A DNA stretch of 64,000 nt from an uncultured Nitrospinota bacterium (GTDB lineage: Bacteria; Tectomicrobia; Entotheonellia; J063; CAVPRW01). A program made the translations under genes and the position numbers. Shown in pieces: positions 10,140 to 19,691 of the stretch (positions are counted from its first letter, which is position 1; every line of letters begins with the position of its first letter). The notes beneath the pieces are model-generated. The model ran no database searches, was not told where the DNA came from, and was given only the letters and a program-made list of their open reading frames with translations. The stretch lies in contig CAVPRW010000023.1 in the NCBI GenBank assembly GCA_963707985.1, positions 1 through 64,000 of the forward strand. The letters are read 5' to 3'.

Positions 10140-12514
10140 ATCTGGGGGCGACCAAGTATATCGGTGCACGCATCGCCCGCCGCGAGGACCTGCGTTTTCT
10201 CACGGGGCGCACACGTTACGTCGATGACATTCGCCTGCCCAGGACCGTGCATGCTGCCTTCGTGCGCAGTCCGTACGCCCATGCCGAGGTCCGGGCAATG
10301 CGCACCGATCGGGCTGCCAGGCTCGATGGCGTCCTGGGGGCTCTGACGGGCGAGGAAGCCACTCAGCTCACCCGACCGATCCGTGGCGACTCGGAATGGC
10401 CGGGGTGGAAAGGCACCGACTTTCCAGTGCTTGCCTGGCCGCGCGTGCATTTTGTAGGACAGGCCGTCGCCATCGTGGCAGCGGTCGATCGCTACGTCGC
10501 TGAGGACGCCGCCGAGCTGGTTGAAGTGGATTATCACCCGCTCCCTGTGGTGGTGGATCCGGAAGTGGCCGCCGAAGCCGGTGGTCCTCTGGTACACCAG
10601 GCCTGGGGCGACAACCTTTTCCTTGATCGGCAGGGAAGGTTCGGGGACGTCGATGGCGCCTTCGCACACGCCGATCTCGTCTGGCAGCGCGTCTATCGCA
10701 CTCACCGGCACACGGGGTTTCCCATGGAGGGGCGGGCCTGCATCGCCGACTATGAGCCCGCTACCGGCGTCCTGACGCTGTACTCCGCGACGCAGATGCC
10801 ACACCTATTGCGTACTGGGCTCGCTGACACACTGGGCCTGGGCGAGCACGACATCCGGGTCATCGCACCCGATGTCGGCGGTGGCTTCGGCATCAAGTCC
10901 CACCTGTTCCCCGAGGAGGTGGCAGTCTGCCTTCTGTCGATGCGCCTGGGGCGTCCGGTGAAATGGATCGAGGATACCACCGAGCACCTTGCAGCGAGTA
11001 TTCATGCCCGTGAGCACGTACACCGGGTGCAGGTCGCCGTCAAGCGCGACGGTACCATCCTCGGCCTCAAGGCGGATGTCCTGGTCGATGCCGGAGCATA
11101 CTCAGTCTGGCCCTGGACGGCCGCGATGGAAGTCGGCATGGCAGTGAACATGCTTCCGGGGCCGTATCGTATTGGGGCCTATGAATTCCGGGCGCGGACG
11201 GTGGCGACAAACAAGTGTCCGCTGGGTCCATACCGTGGGGTGGCGCGCTCGTCAGCAGCCTTCACCATCGAACGCGCCATGGATGAGATCGCCCGAGAGT
11301 TGGGACTCGACCCGGTAGCGATCCGGCTCAAGAACTACGTCCCGGATGATGCCTACCCATATACCTCCGCCACCGGCTTCATCTACGACAACGCCAGCCT
11401 TCAGGCCTCCCTGCTGAAGCTCACCGAGGTGATCGGCTACGACGAATTCCGCCGCGAGCAGGCCGCCGCTCGCGCCCAGGGACGTTATCTCGGCCTGGGC
11501 CTCGGCACCTTCATCGAGCAGACGGCGCACGGCACCAGCGAGTTCGTCAGGCGGCGCAATCCTATCGTGTTCGGCTACGATACAGTCAGCGTCTCGCTGG
11601 ATCCGTCCGGCAAGGTCACCGTTGCATCCGGCCTGCATTCGCATGGCCAGGGCCACGAAACCACCCTGGCACAGGTGGTGGCGGAGCGGCTTGGCGTGTC
11701 ATTGGCCGATATCCGGGTGCGCTTCGGCGACACTGACTCCTCCCCTTATGGTCTGGGGACCTTCGCCAGCCGCAGCGCGGTCTATGGTGGGGGTGCAGCC
11801 TGGAAAGCGGCGGATAAGGTGCGGCTCAACCTGCTCACCATGGCCGCCCATATGATGGAGGCCAATCCTGACGATTTGGAGATCGCCGAGGGCGTCATCC
11901 AGGTGAAGGGGAGCCCGCAGTCACGCATGACGGTGGCGGAGGTGGCCCGGCTCGCCTACCATCGGCCGGAACGCTTGCCACCGGGACTAATGCCGGCCGA
12001 TCTTACGACCACGCAGAACTACGACGCTGCGCCCGGTACCGGTACCTGGGCCAATGCGGCGCACGCAGCGATCGTCGACGTCGACATTGCCACCGGCTTT
12101 GTCCGTATCGTACGCTATGTCGTGGTCGAGGATTGTGGGGTGATGATCAATCCGCTGATCGTCGATGGCCAGGTCCACGGCGGGGTTGTGCAAGGGATCG
12201 GGGGCGCTATGATGGAGCATCTGGTCTACGATGAAAACGGCCAGCTGCTGTCGCAAACGCTCATGGAGTATCTCTTGCCCTCGGCGCTCGATGTCCCGAC
12301 TATCGAGGTTCATCATTTGCAGACCCCTTCTGCTTTCACCCTGGGCGGCTTCAAGGGAATGGGTGAGGGCGGGGCCATTGCACCGCTGCCCGCGCTGGCG
12401 AACGCGGTCTCGGATGCGCTGGCACCTCTGGGCATCTCGATCGATGCGCTGCCGTTATCTCCAGAGCGAGTCCGGCGACTGATTGAGACGCGGGAGGCGG
12501 AGGCGCGGCGATGA
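10136..12514 (+). CDS. coxL: Xanthine dehydrogenase-family molybdopterin-binding large subunit (CoxL-like; probably not a form I CO dehydrogenase)
   Basis: DVGGGFG, GQGHET, GQVHGG and KGMGEGG motifs; the active-site loop is PYRGVAR. Confidence 0.88.
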   Translation: MNLGATKYIGARIARREDLRFLTGRTRYVDDIRLPRTVHAAFVRSPYAHAEVRAMRTDRAARLDGVLGALTGEEATQLTRPIRGDSEWPGWKGTDFPVLAWPRVHFVGQAVAIVAAVDRYVAEDAAELVEVDYHPLPVVVDPEVAAEAGGPLVHQAWGDNLFLDRQGRFGDVDGAFAHADLVWQRVYRTHRHTGFPMEGRACIADYEPATGVLTLYSATQMPHLLRTGLADTLGLGEHDIRVIAPDVGGGFGIKSHLFPEEVAVCLLSMRLGRPVKWIEDTTEHLAASIHAREHVHRVQVAVKRDGTILGLKADVLVDAGAYSVWPWTAAMEVGMAVNMLPGPYRIGAYEFRARTVATNKCPLGPYRGVARSSAAFTIERAMDEIARELGLDPVAIRLKNYVPDDAYPYTSATGFIYDNASLQASLLKLTEVIGYDEFRREQAAARAQGRYLGLGLGTFIEQTAHGTSEFVRRRNPIVFGYDTVSVSLDPSGKVTVASGLHSHGQGHETTLAQVVAERLGVSLADIRVRFGDTDSSPYGLGTFASRSAVYGGGAAWKAADKVRLNLLTMAAHMMEANPDDLEIAEGVIQVKGSPQSRMTVAEVARLAYHRPERLPPGLMPADLTTTQNYDAAPGTGTWANAAHAAIVDVDIATGFVRIVRYVVVEDCGVMINPLIVDGQVHGGVVQGIGGAMMEHLVYDENGQLLSQTLMEYLLPSALDVPTIEVHHLQTPSAFTLGGFKGMGEGGAIAPLPALANAVSDALAPLGISIDALPLSPERVRRLIETREAEARR

Positions 12515-13404
12515 AGCCACCCCCCTTCGAGTATTATCGGGCTACGACGGTGGCGGAAGCCATCGCGTTGCTCAGCCAATACGGACCTGACGCCAAGGTG
12601 CTGGCCGGCGGCCAAAGTCTGCTGCCAATGATGAAGTTCCGCCTGGCCCGGCCGAGTGTGTTGGTCGACCTGCGCTGGGTGCGTGATTTGGCGTATATCC
12701 GGCAGGCCAACGGCAGCGTGGCCTTTGGGGCCATGGCTCGACTGGCCGGCCTGGAATCCGCCCAGGTTCGAGCGCTCTGCCCGATCCTGGGCGAGGCGGC
12801 GCAGCATATTGGCCATCCACCTATCCGGCATCAGGGCACGGTCTGTGGGAGCCTGGCCCATGCCGACCCGGCAGCCGAGTTACCTGTGCTCGCCCTGGCG
12901 CTGGATGCCGAGCTCGTGGCCACGGGACCGAACGGAACGCGAGTCATCCCAGCACAGGACTTCTTTGTGACCATACTGACCACCAACCTGGGTCCTTATG
13001 AAATCTTGACTGAAGCCCGCTTCCCAACCCTCCAGTCAGGGAGCGGTTGGGGCTTCAGCGAGCTGAGCCGACGCCCTGGCGACTTTGCCCTGGCGGTTGC
13101 GGCTGCCACGCTGCAGGTCGGGTCCGATGGCAGGATTGCCAACGCCCGCATCGCCCTCGGCGCTGTGGCCGACCGGGCAGTGCGTTGCCTGGAGGCGGAG
13201 GCGTCGCTGCTGGGACAGAGGGGGGAGAAAGCCGTTTTCGAAGCGGCGGCAGCGCTCGCATCAGAACCGCTCGAACCTTCATCCGATGTGCATGCTTCGA
13301 GTGGCTACCGGCGCCACCTCGCCAAGGTCCTCGTCGAGCGTGCGCTGACACAGGCCCGGCAACGGCTTAGTGCGACGCCGTCGTCGCCTGCAGCGCATGC
13401 TTAA
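12511..13404 (+). CDS. coxM: Molybdo-hydroxylase FAD-binding medium subunit, CoxM/CutM family
   Basis: MKPPPFEY, AGGQSL, GTVCGSLAHADPAAE; ATGA overlap with the large-subunit gene. Confidence 0.92.
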   Translation: MKPPPFEYYRATTVAEAIALLSQYGPDAKVLAGGQSLLPMMKFRLARPSVLVDLRWVRDLAYIRQANGSVAFGAMARLAGLESAQVRALCPILGEAAQHIGHPPIRHQGTVCGSLAHADPAAELPVLALALDAELVATGPNGTRVIPAQDFFVTILTTNLGPYEILTEARFPTLQSGSGWGFSELSRRPGDFALAVAAATLQVGSDGRIANARIALGAVADRAVRCLEAEASLLGQRGEKAVFEAAAALASEPLEPSSDVHASSGYRRHLAKVLVERALTQARQRLSATPSSPAAHA

Positions 13405-13418
13405 GACCGGCATGCTCA

Positions 13419-14342
13419 TTGCCTCCCCAGTTATCTCTCGACACCCAGCTGCCATCCGCGCCGCAAGCGAGCATGGAGCCCGACCCGCCCCTCCAACCCA
13501 GCGTCCTTTCTTCAATGCCGGCTTGGTCACAGGCCGATGGCATGACCGTCATGGGTCGGCACGCCATACCGCCTCTGACCGCGAGGGAAATGGGCCTGGC
13601 GCGCTCGGCTCCACCGGCGGCCATCGATTGGGAACGTGAGGCTGCAAGTCTGACGTTTTGCCTCGATCCTGAACTTCTCCACGCTGGTGCACGTGATGCA
13701 ACCCCCGCAGCCACGGGCGAACTGCTGTGGGTACGCTCGGGAGAGCGGATGCAGTCCATCATCCTCTATGTTCATCCCGTGCTTTTGGTGCATGCCGCCG
13801 ACCGATCGCGTCGGGTGGGTCGTGTCGAGGTTGTGCCACATTTTCGCGCGGGTGATCCCTTGCTCCACCATATCGCGCTGGTCCTGAAGGCCGAGATCAC
13901 CGCCGAAGGTGCGGCGGATCGCCTATATGCCGAAGCATTGGCCCATGCACTGGCGCTGCACTTCCTCAAACGCTATAGGCCCTGCAGGCTCCCCGTGAGA
14001 GCGCGGACCAGCGGCCTCTCCAAGCCGATGCTGCATCGCCTGGCTGAGTATATCGATGCACATCTGGAGCACGAATTATCGTTAGGCAAACTAGCGGCTG
14101 TAGCGCAAACAAGTCGTGCCCATTTCGCGCGTCTGTTCCGGCAATTGACTGGCCGGACGCCCCACCGGCACGTCGTCTTGTGCCGCATCGAGCGCGCCAA
14201 GCAGTTATTGGCGGAGACCGACTTGCCGATCATCGACATCGGCCGCCAGGTCGGTTTCACGGATCAACGCTACTTTACCTCTGTGTTTCGGAAGCACGTG
14301 GCCAAGACACCTAAAGCTTACCGAGGCGACACCCACCGGTAG
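13419..14342 (+). CDS. AraC family transcriptional regulator (start uncertain)
   Basis: C-terminal double HTH: LSLGKLAAVAQTSRAHFARLFR ... VGFTDQRYFTSVFRK. Confidence 0.9.
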   Translation: MPPQLSLDTQLPSAPQASMEPDPPLQPSVLSSMPAWSQADGMTVMGRHAIPPLTAREMGLARSAPPAAIDWEREAASLTFCLDPELLHAGARDATPAATGELLWVRSGERMQSIILYVHPVLLVHAADRSRRVGRVEVVPHFRAGDPLLHHIALVLKAEITAEGAADRLYAEALAHALALHFLKRYRPCRLPVRARTSGLSKPMLHRLAEYIDAHLEHELSLGKLAAVAQTSRAHFARLFRQLTGRTPHRHVVLCRIERAKQLLAETDLPIIDIGRQVGFTDQRYFTSVFRKHVAKTPKAYRGDTHR

Positions 14343-14562
14343 GCGTCATGTCGATGGGTCGGCCGTCAGTCGTCCCGGCCAAAGGCCCTCTCGGGGCGGC
14401 ATTGCGCTGTAGGACCGCTGCACTATGAGCCCAGAACCACCACGCTCCCTTCCTCCCCATGTTCCCATTCTCAAGGCTCGGCCCCCCTGGCTTCCTCGCG
14501 TGGGGGCGGATCGCTGGTCACTAGGCGCGGAATGCCTGGGCGGCGTGTTCTCTCTTCTGTCT

Positions 14563-14632
14563 ACATTTTTCGCATAATTTCAACATTTTTCGCATGAAAT
14601 TCACAGACAGCATAGCTCAGCCGCCTTACATT
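14563..14632 (+). promoter_or_regulatory. Activator-dependent promoter with tandem 13-bp direct repeats (candidate AraC-type binding sites)
   Basis: ACATTTTTCGCAT at 14563-14575 and 14583-14595 (20-bp period), directly upstream of a weak -35 (CAGACA) and -10 TACATT at 14627-14632. Confidence 0.6.
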
Positions 14633-14683
14633 TGTCTGCATGGATGAGCATCTCGCTAACAAACTTGATGAAGGGAGACACTC

Positions 14684-15007
14684 ATGGCGGAGATGGATGT
14701 GGCTTTAGGGAAGGTAATGGCTGAGGCGAACGCTGCCTTTGCCAAGATGGGCCAGGTGATAGAAGAAGCGGTCAAGGCAGGGGCCACAGAGCTGAATGTT
14801 GTGGAGATTACTCGGCGCGCTGGGTTCCAACTTGACGAGAGGATACTTGACGAACTGCACATGGACCGCATTATCTATCCTCTCCCGTGGCTGCCTTGGT
14901 ACCAGTGGTGGCCCTGGCGACCGCTGTGGTGCTGGTGGTGGCGTTTCTATCCGTGGTACCGCTGCTGCCCGTGGTGGTGGGACCGCTGCCACTGGTGGGT
15001 GGCCTAA
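14684..15007 (+). CDS. 107-aa protein: helical N-terminus plus Trp/Cys/Pro-rich C-terminal tail
   Basis: AAGGGAG RBS, upstream promoter elements, ordinary-composition helical N-terminus; 15 Trp, 7 Pro and 4 Cys in the last 43 residues. Confidence 0.8.
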   Translation: MAEMDVALGKVMAEANAAFAKMGQVIEEAVKAGATELNVVEITRRAGFQLDERILDELHMDRIIYPLPWLPWYQWWPWRPLWCWWWRFYPWYRCCPWWWDRCHWWVA

Positions 15008-15479
15008 AAACGGCCAGGTAAAAGCCGCATGCCTCCTCGCGTTCCGCAGCGACAGATGATGGCGCAACATTGGTCTGGGTTCGTGGGATTGCTTGGGGGC
15101 ATGCTGAGCGGTAGCGCTACACAGGTTAGGCTGTCACCCCTGCGCAATTGTCGTGGTCGACGAAAGAAGTGCTGTATGGCTCTTATCAGCATGCGCAAAA
15201 CTAGTTCAATGCTGCAACCTATTGGAAATTCAGTCGGGTTCGTATGCCCCTTACTGTCACGCTCTCCCGAGTGTGTAACGCTATGAGCTTACCTTGTATG
15301 GCAGACGTTACGTGGATCGTTACCTAGCGTTCGACCTGACAAGGGGCAGTTTATCGTTATGGAACAACCAACACCCAACGCACTGGGCCTGGAGCAGCTC
15401 GGGTGGCTGGTTGGCAGGAAAGGTGCGGCGGAAGTGTTCACCTCACCTCCCACCGGACCGTTAGGGTCCGAGGCCGTCC

Positions 15480-16070
15480 TCATCTACCCTCTGGTGTGGT
15501 ACCGGCGGTCGTGCCCTGACGAGGCGTCTGCATGACCTCGTGCAATGGTGGTTCGTCGACGCCAAACCGCCGCGCCATGCGCGCCCAGAGATGCTCGTTG
15601 AGATGGGGCGCGTTTTGGCCAGCCTTGTTCATGTTCTGACGCAGGGCGTCCAAGGTAGCCCGTACATTGCCGCGAAGATGCCGGGGCAGGGCCTGCAGCT
15701 GCTCGATCTCTCGTCGGATTGAGGCATACCAATCGGCAGCCACCCCATGGAGGGCCGCGCTCTCTCCCAGTTTGAGGAAGGTCTGGAGACCAGCGAGAAT
15801 GGCGGCTAGACTTCCCAACACACCGATCATCACGGACGGGAGACTGAAGCCCCCACCTTTCTCGGCGAAGGCGCTGCTGCCAACGATGGTGGATAGAATA
15901 ACCACCGAGATACCGAGCAGGTAGTGCAAGCGCTTATATCGGGTTGCCTCTAGGTAGTAGGCAGATTGGGCGGCATAGACCCGGTCGTGCCAGTTCTGCA
16001 GGAGTGTCTCCGTCTCAGGTCTCCAGCCGGCCTCAATCTCGGCTGCGTTGCTGCTCTCCGTCGTCTCCAT
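15480..16070 (-). CDS. SLATT (DUF4231-like) two-TM effector protein
   Basis: Pattern A.YY.EA.RY..LHY.LG, two TM helices, LAGLQTFL...A..H..AA..Y..IRREIE; AAGGAG RBS. Confidence 0.8.
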   Translation of the reverse strand: METTESSNAAEIEAGWRPETETLLQNWHDRVYAAQSAYYLEATRYKRLHYLLGISVVILSTIVGSSAFAEKGGGFSLPSVMIGVLGSLAAILAGLQTFLKLGESAALHGVAADWYASIRREIEQLQALPRHLRGNVRATLDALRQNMNKAGQNAPHLNEHLWARMARRFGVDEPPLHEVMQTPRQGTTAGTTPEGR

Positions 16071-16292
16071 GGTTCTCACTCCTTCTGCAGATATAGCCCC
16101 ATCCGTCAATCCGACGTTGGCCCAGCATTGAAACGTCCCACACCCGATGGTGCCAACGCCCTAAACTTTTGGGTGTCGTGTTGATCAGCCTCAGGGAGAT
16201 GCCCTAGTCGACCCATCCACCAGGTGCGGCGGACATAGACGGCAACGACAGCAGTTCCCGCCCTCGCAACCGCCGTGCAAGACGCGCCGTAC

Positions 16293-16952
16293 TCACAGCA
16301 TATTGATGGCGCGGGCCGCCAGCACAACAATCACGGTTAAGGAAATCATCGCCTGGACCATCATCAGCAGCTTGGCCCAGCGCGAAAGCACTGGCACATC
16401 CGTCGGCGATAAGGCGGTGCTGGTGTTGAAGGCCAGGAATAAATAATCGACAAAGTTCGGCGACCACGCCTGTGGCTCTGCCGTCTCTTGAATGTCCTGA
16501 CCCACCATCTGTGGAAACAAGAAGGCTCCAGTTGGATGGCCAACCCTTTGATCCCGTCGATTTGGCCCACCGGCATCAAGACGCCAATACCAGAGCGCAA
16601 AGACCAAGATATTCGTGACCCACAGCGAAGCGGCAGAGCATAGTAACTGCACGGGCGTTTCATCCTTCGTCGGCAAGGCTCTAATGAGCAACGCTAATGA
16701 GCCCACCAGGGCGGCGGTGACCACCCCGTTGACGACATAGCCGAGCCGCTGATTGAGATCATGATGGCCACGATAGTGCGCCAGGCGGGTGGGCACGAGC
16801 AGGACCAAGACGATGATCAGCAAATACCAGTGGGGAATGACGGCCAGATTCGCTGGCAGCGCGGCATACAAGCCACTGACCGTCAGCAAGGCCACGACGA
16901 CTGGCCAGCGGGGTTCCATCTCCAGGGGTGGCTGTTTGCGCTCTTCCATCAT
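16293..16952 (-). CDS. DUF1345-like integral membrane protein
   Basis: FALWYWRLDAGGP, FLFPQM, W.PNFVDYLFLAFNTSTALSPTD. The ORF track fuses it to upstream FGE-domain sequence; the likely start is 16952 or slightly downstream. Confidence 0.8.
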   Translation of the reverse strand: MMEERKQPPLEMEPRWPVVVALLTVSGLYAALPANLAVIPHWYLLIIVLVLLVPTRLAHYRGHHDLNQRLGYVVNGVVTAALVGSLALLIRALPTKDETPVQLLCSAASLWVTNILVFALWYWRLDAGGPNRRDQRVGHPTGAFLFPQMVGQDIQETAEPQAWSPNFVDYLFLAFNTSTALSPTDVPVLSRWAKLLMMVQAMISLTVIVVLAARAINML

Positions 16953-17236
16953 AGCAAAATGTCTACTTGAACCTCTGCCCAGACGTCTACGAGGTGACAC
17001 TCGGCAGTCGCTGTTATCTTGTCCCCCTCGAAAATCACCGGCGTAGGATCGAAAGGGAACTTGAGCTGAATACGCCTCCCGTCCACGTGCACCGGTTTTC
17101 ATAGCAGAGCTCAATGGAGGCCGATTGAGCAACTCTGCCAGGTTCGTCCAGGCGTAGTGGCGAACCCATGGTGCAGCATGAGGTCTCGATAGCGCCAGCG
17201 GCGCCCCACTCCGCATCTTCATTGCACGGTGAACGA

Positions 17237-17293
17237 CCAGAGGGGAGATCCCCTCTGGACTCCCCCCAGAGGCCAGAGGATCAGAGGCCAGAG
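17237..17293 (-). other. Perfect hairpin plus CTCTG repeats just 3' of the FGE-domain gene (candidate DGR IMH / cruciform)
   Basis: CCAGAGGGG-AGAT-CCCCTCTGG at 17237-17258; minus strand CTCTGGCCTCTGATCCTCTGGCCTCTG between the stop codon and the hairpin. Confidence 0.6.
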
Positions 17294-17302
17294 TATCAAC
17301 GG

Positions 17303-18578
17303 CTAAGAAGCTGGGCGCACCACCACCCGAAATCCGAGGCCCCTGAGCGAACGGTCCGGGTCGAGTCCCGACGCGATAGGCACACCGCACGTGCCCGTGG
17401 GAGTTGTCGAACGCCCCGCCCCGCAACACCCGGAGCACCTCTCGCCCGGCATCCAGGTTCTCACGTCCGTCAGTCGGCCTGTACGGATATCGGTAGTCTG
17501 GCCTCTCCCGACTCTTCCCCCACAGGCTCCGCGTCCACTCCGACACGTTGCCCGCCATGTCCAGCACCCCATAGGGACTGGCGCCCTGCGGTAGGCATGG
17601 ACCGATGTCGTCTTCCCCAGGCTGCTTTCCCCTGAGTTGCAGCGCGTGGCATCCCACTGGTGGCCCCAGGGGTAGATGCGGCCATCAATACCACGGGCAC
17701 CCTTCTCCCATTCCGCCTCGCTGGGGAGGGCGTAGCCTCTCCCCGTCACCTCTGACAGCCATTGGCAGTAGTCCCTGGCATCATCCCAGGAGACATAGAC
17801 CACCGGGTGATCCTCCTCACCGCGCGGGGGAGCCCGGTTCGTCCAACCCTCGGGCGCCTCGCGGCCAGTCGCCGCCACAAAGGCCCGGTACTGCCCATTG
17901 GTCACCGGCGTCTTCGCCAGGTAATAATCGGGTAAATACAGGCGGTGTTGGGGTTGCTCGTCATCATATGCACCTTCGTCCTGCCGAGGGTCGCTGCCCA
18001 TGAGGAACTCTCCGGCAGGGATGAGGATCAGCTCAGGCTCGAAGGGCTGTGTGGACAGGCGGGGCCGCTCTACCGTCTGCGGAGAAATATTCGCTGGCGA
18101 GCTGGCAGGCCTCAGAACGATGGGCCGAGTTGACGGCGTCACGAATCTTTTGCGCAATCTTCACCAGCTCCTCGTCCTGCTCCGATGCACTCAAGGCTGC
18201 TAACGGTCTCGCAGGATTGTTGGCGGCTTGGTACGCCTCAATGGCCGTGTCCGCATAGAGGCTATGCCTCACTGCCACCCAGAGGATGGTCAGCCCGCCC
18301 TCCTCAGCCGCTTTCAGCAGCGGTGGGAGCTCGTCATTGGCAATGAAGTCTGAAGCGAGAAAGTGGGGTGTGACGAGCAGCACAGCGACCCTGGCCATCG
18401 CGAGGGCTTGCCGGATCTCTTCCCGCCATTTGCTGCCGGCCTGGATACGCGTGTCATCCCAGACGTCGAGGTTTTGATTCCGGGTCAGCGGTCGCAGTAT
18501 AATCTGCAATCGTTTCAGCCAGTCGGCATCCTCATGACTATAGCTGATGAACACCTGCGTGCGCGCTGGGACAGCCAT
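17303..18578 (-). CDS. TIR domain + FGE-sulfatase (C-type lectin fold) protein, three frameshifts
   Basis: TIR: VFISYSHED...FIANDELP. FGE: IPAGEFLMGS, TPVTNGQY, LPSEAEWEKGARG, DMAGNVSEW, RVLRGGAF, LGFRVV. Frame changes near 18125, 17590 and 17365. Confidence 0.85.
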
Positions 18579-18764
18579 GGAGTCCCCCTATTCTTCACAG
18601 CGGAAGAGCGGTTGACCGACTGAGGTATGCGGTTTAGCAGCGGATTCTAGCAGACCAATGGTCAGGACGCAATCAAACCGCGTGCGCGCTGTCACCTTAT
18701 AGCGGTTTCCAGATCAGCGTATGGCAATCTGTTTACCGTAACCGTTCTCCCTGGCTCTATTTGG

Positions 18765-18846
18765 CCCTCACCCTCACCCTCTCCCAGAGGGCGAGGGGAC
18801 GAAAAACCTACCCCAGAAAGCCCCTCTCCCGGAGGGACAGGGGGAA
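18765..18846. repeat. Two REP-like palindromic repeats (CCCTCACCCT...CTCCC-N-GGG.GAGGGG type)
   Basis: CCCTCACCCTCACCCTCTCCCAGAGGGCGAGGGGA at 18765-18799 and a degenerate copy at 18821-18846. Confidence 0.6.
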
Positions 18847-19043
18847 TACGTTGGAACGGTCGGAAAAAAGGGTTGCTTGGTGGAACCACACACATGGCTG
18901 GAGCGTTATTCCGGTGCATGGGGCAGATCAGTGAGCGATGTGCAGCGGAGGCCCATCGATAACTATGCATCGCCAGCGGCCCACCGGTCTCATACCATAT
19001 TCCGATGTCATGGATGAGATGAGGGGTGAAAGAGAGGTTACCG

Positions 19044-19691
19044 ATGCAACTTGTGTCTGTTAACGTGGCACTTCCCCGGACCGTCACCTGGAAAGGTCGA
19101 ACGGTACAGACCGGGATTTTCAAGACACCAGTCGATGGTCGCGTGCGCGTGCGAAGGCTCAACCTGGAGGGCGATCGCCAGGCCGATCTCTCCGTGCACG
19201 GTGGGCCGGACAAAGCGATCTATGTGTATCCCTCTGAGCACTACGACTACTGGCGTGGCGAGTTCCCAGACATGGAGTTGCCCTGGGGGATGTTCGGCGA
19301 AAACTTCACCACCATGGGATTGCTGGAAGGGGAGGTCAACGTCGGCGATCAGTTTCGCATCGGGTCAGCGACGGTCATGGTGACGCAGCCACGTGTGCCG
19401 TGCTACAAGCTGGCGGCCAAATTTGGGCGAGAGGATATCGTCAAGCGGTTTCTGGCCAGCGGACGTTCTGGCTTCTATCTGAAAGTCATGCAAGAAGGAG
19501 AGGTCGGAGCGGGGGATGCGATCGAGCTGATCAGTCGAGACGACCATGCCGTGACGGTGGCCGATGTCGCCAACATCTATCGTGACGGCACCGACAACGT
19601 CGGCCTGTTACAGCGCGCGGTCCAGGTCGAGGCCTTGCCTGAAAACTGGCGCGATCACTTTCAGCAGCAGATCGAACAACTCCAACGTTAG
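19044..19691 (+). CDS. yiiM: MOSC domain protein (YiiM family)
   Basis: HGGPDKA, FGENFT, QPRVPCYKL, RSGFY and a C-terminal 3-alpha domain. Confidence 0.9.
   Translation: MQLVSVNVALPRTVTWKGRTVQTGIFKTPVDGRVRVRRLNLEGDRQADLSVHGGPDKAIYVYPSEHYDYWRGEFPDMELPWGMFGENFTTMGLLEGEVNVGDQFRIGSATVMVTQPRVPCYKLAAKFGREDIVKRFLASGRSGFYLKVMQEGEVGAGDAIELISRDDHAVTVADVANIYRDGTDNVGLLQRAVQVEALPENWRDHFQQQIEQLQR

Noticed and set aside
16293..17657. 454-aa ORF fusing FGE-domain sequence to the DUF1345-like protein
   Set aside because: Artefact of frameshifts in the TIR-FGE gene; the middle reads through the non-coding hairpin region and the membrane protein has its own start near 16952.
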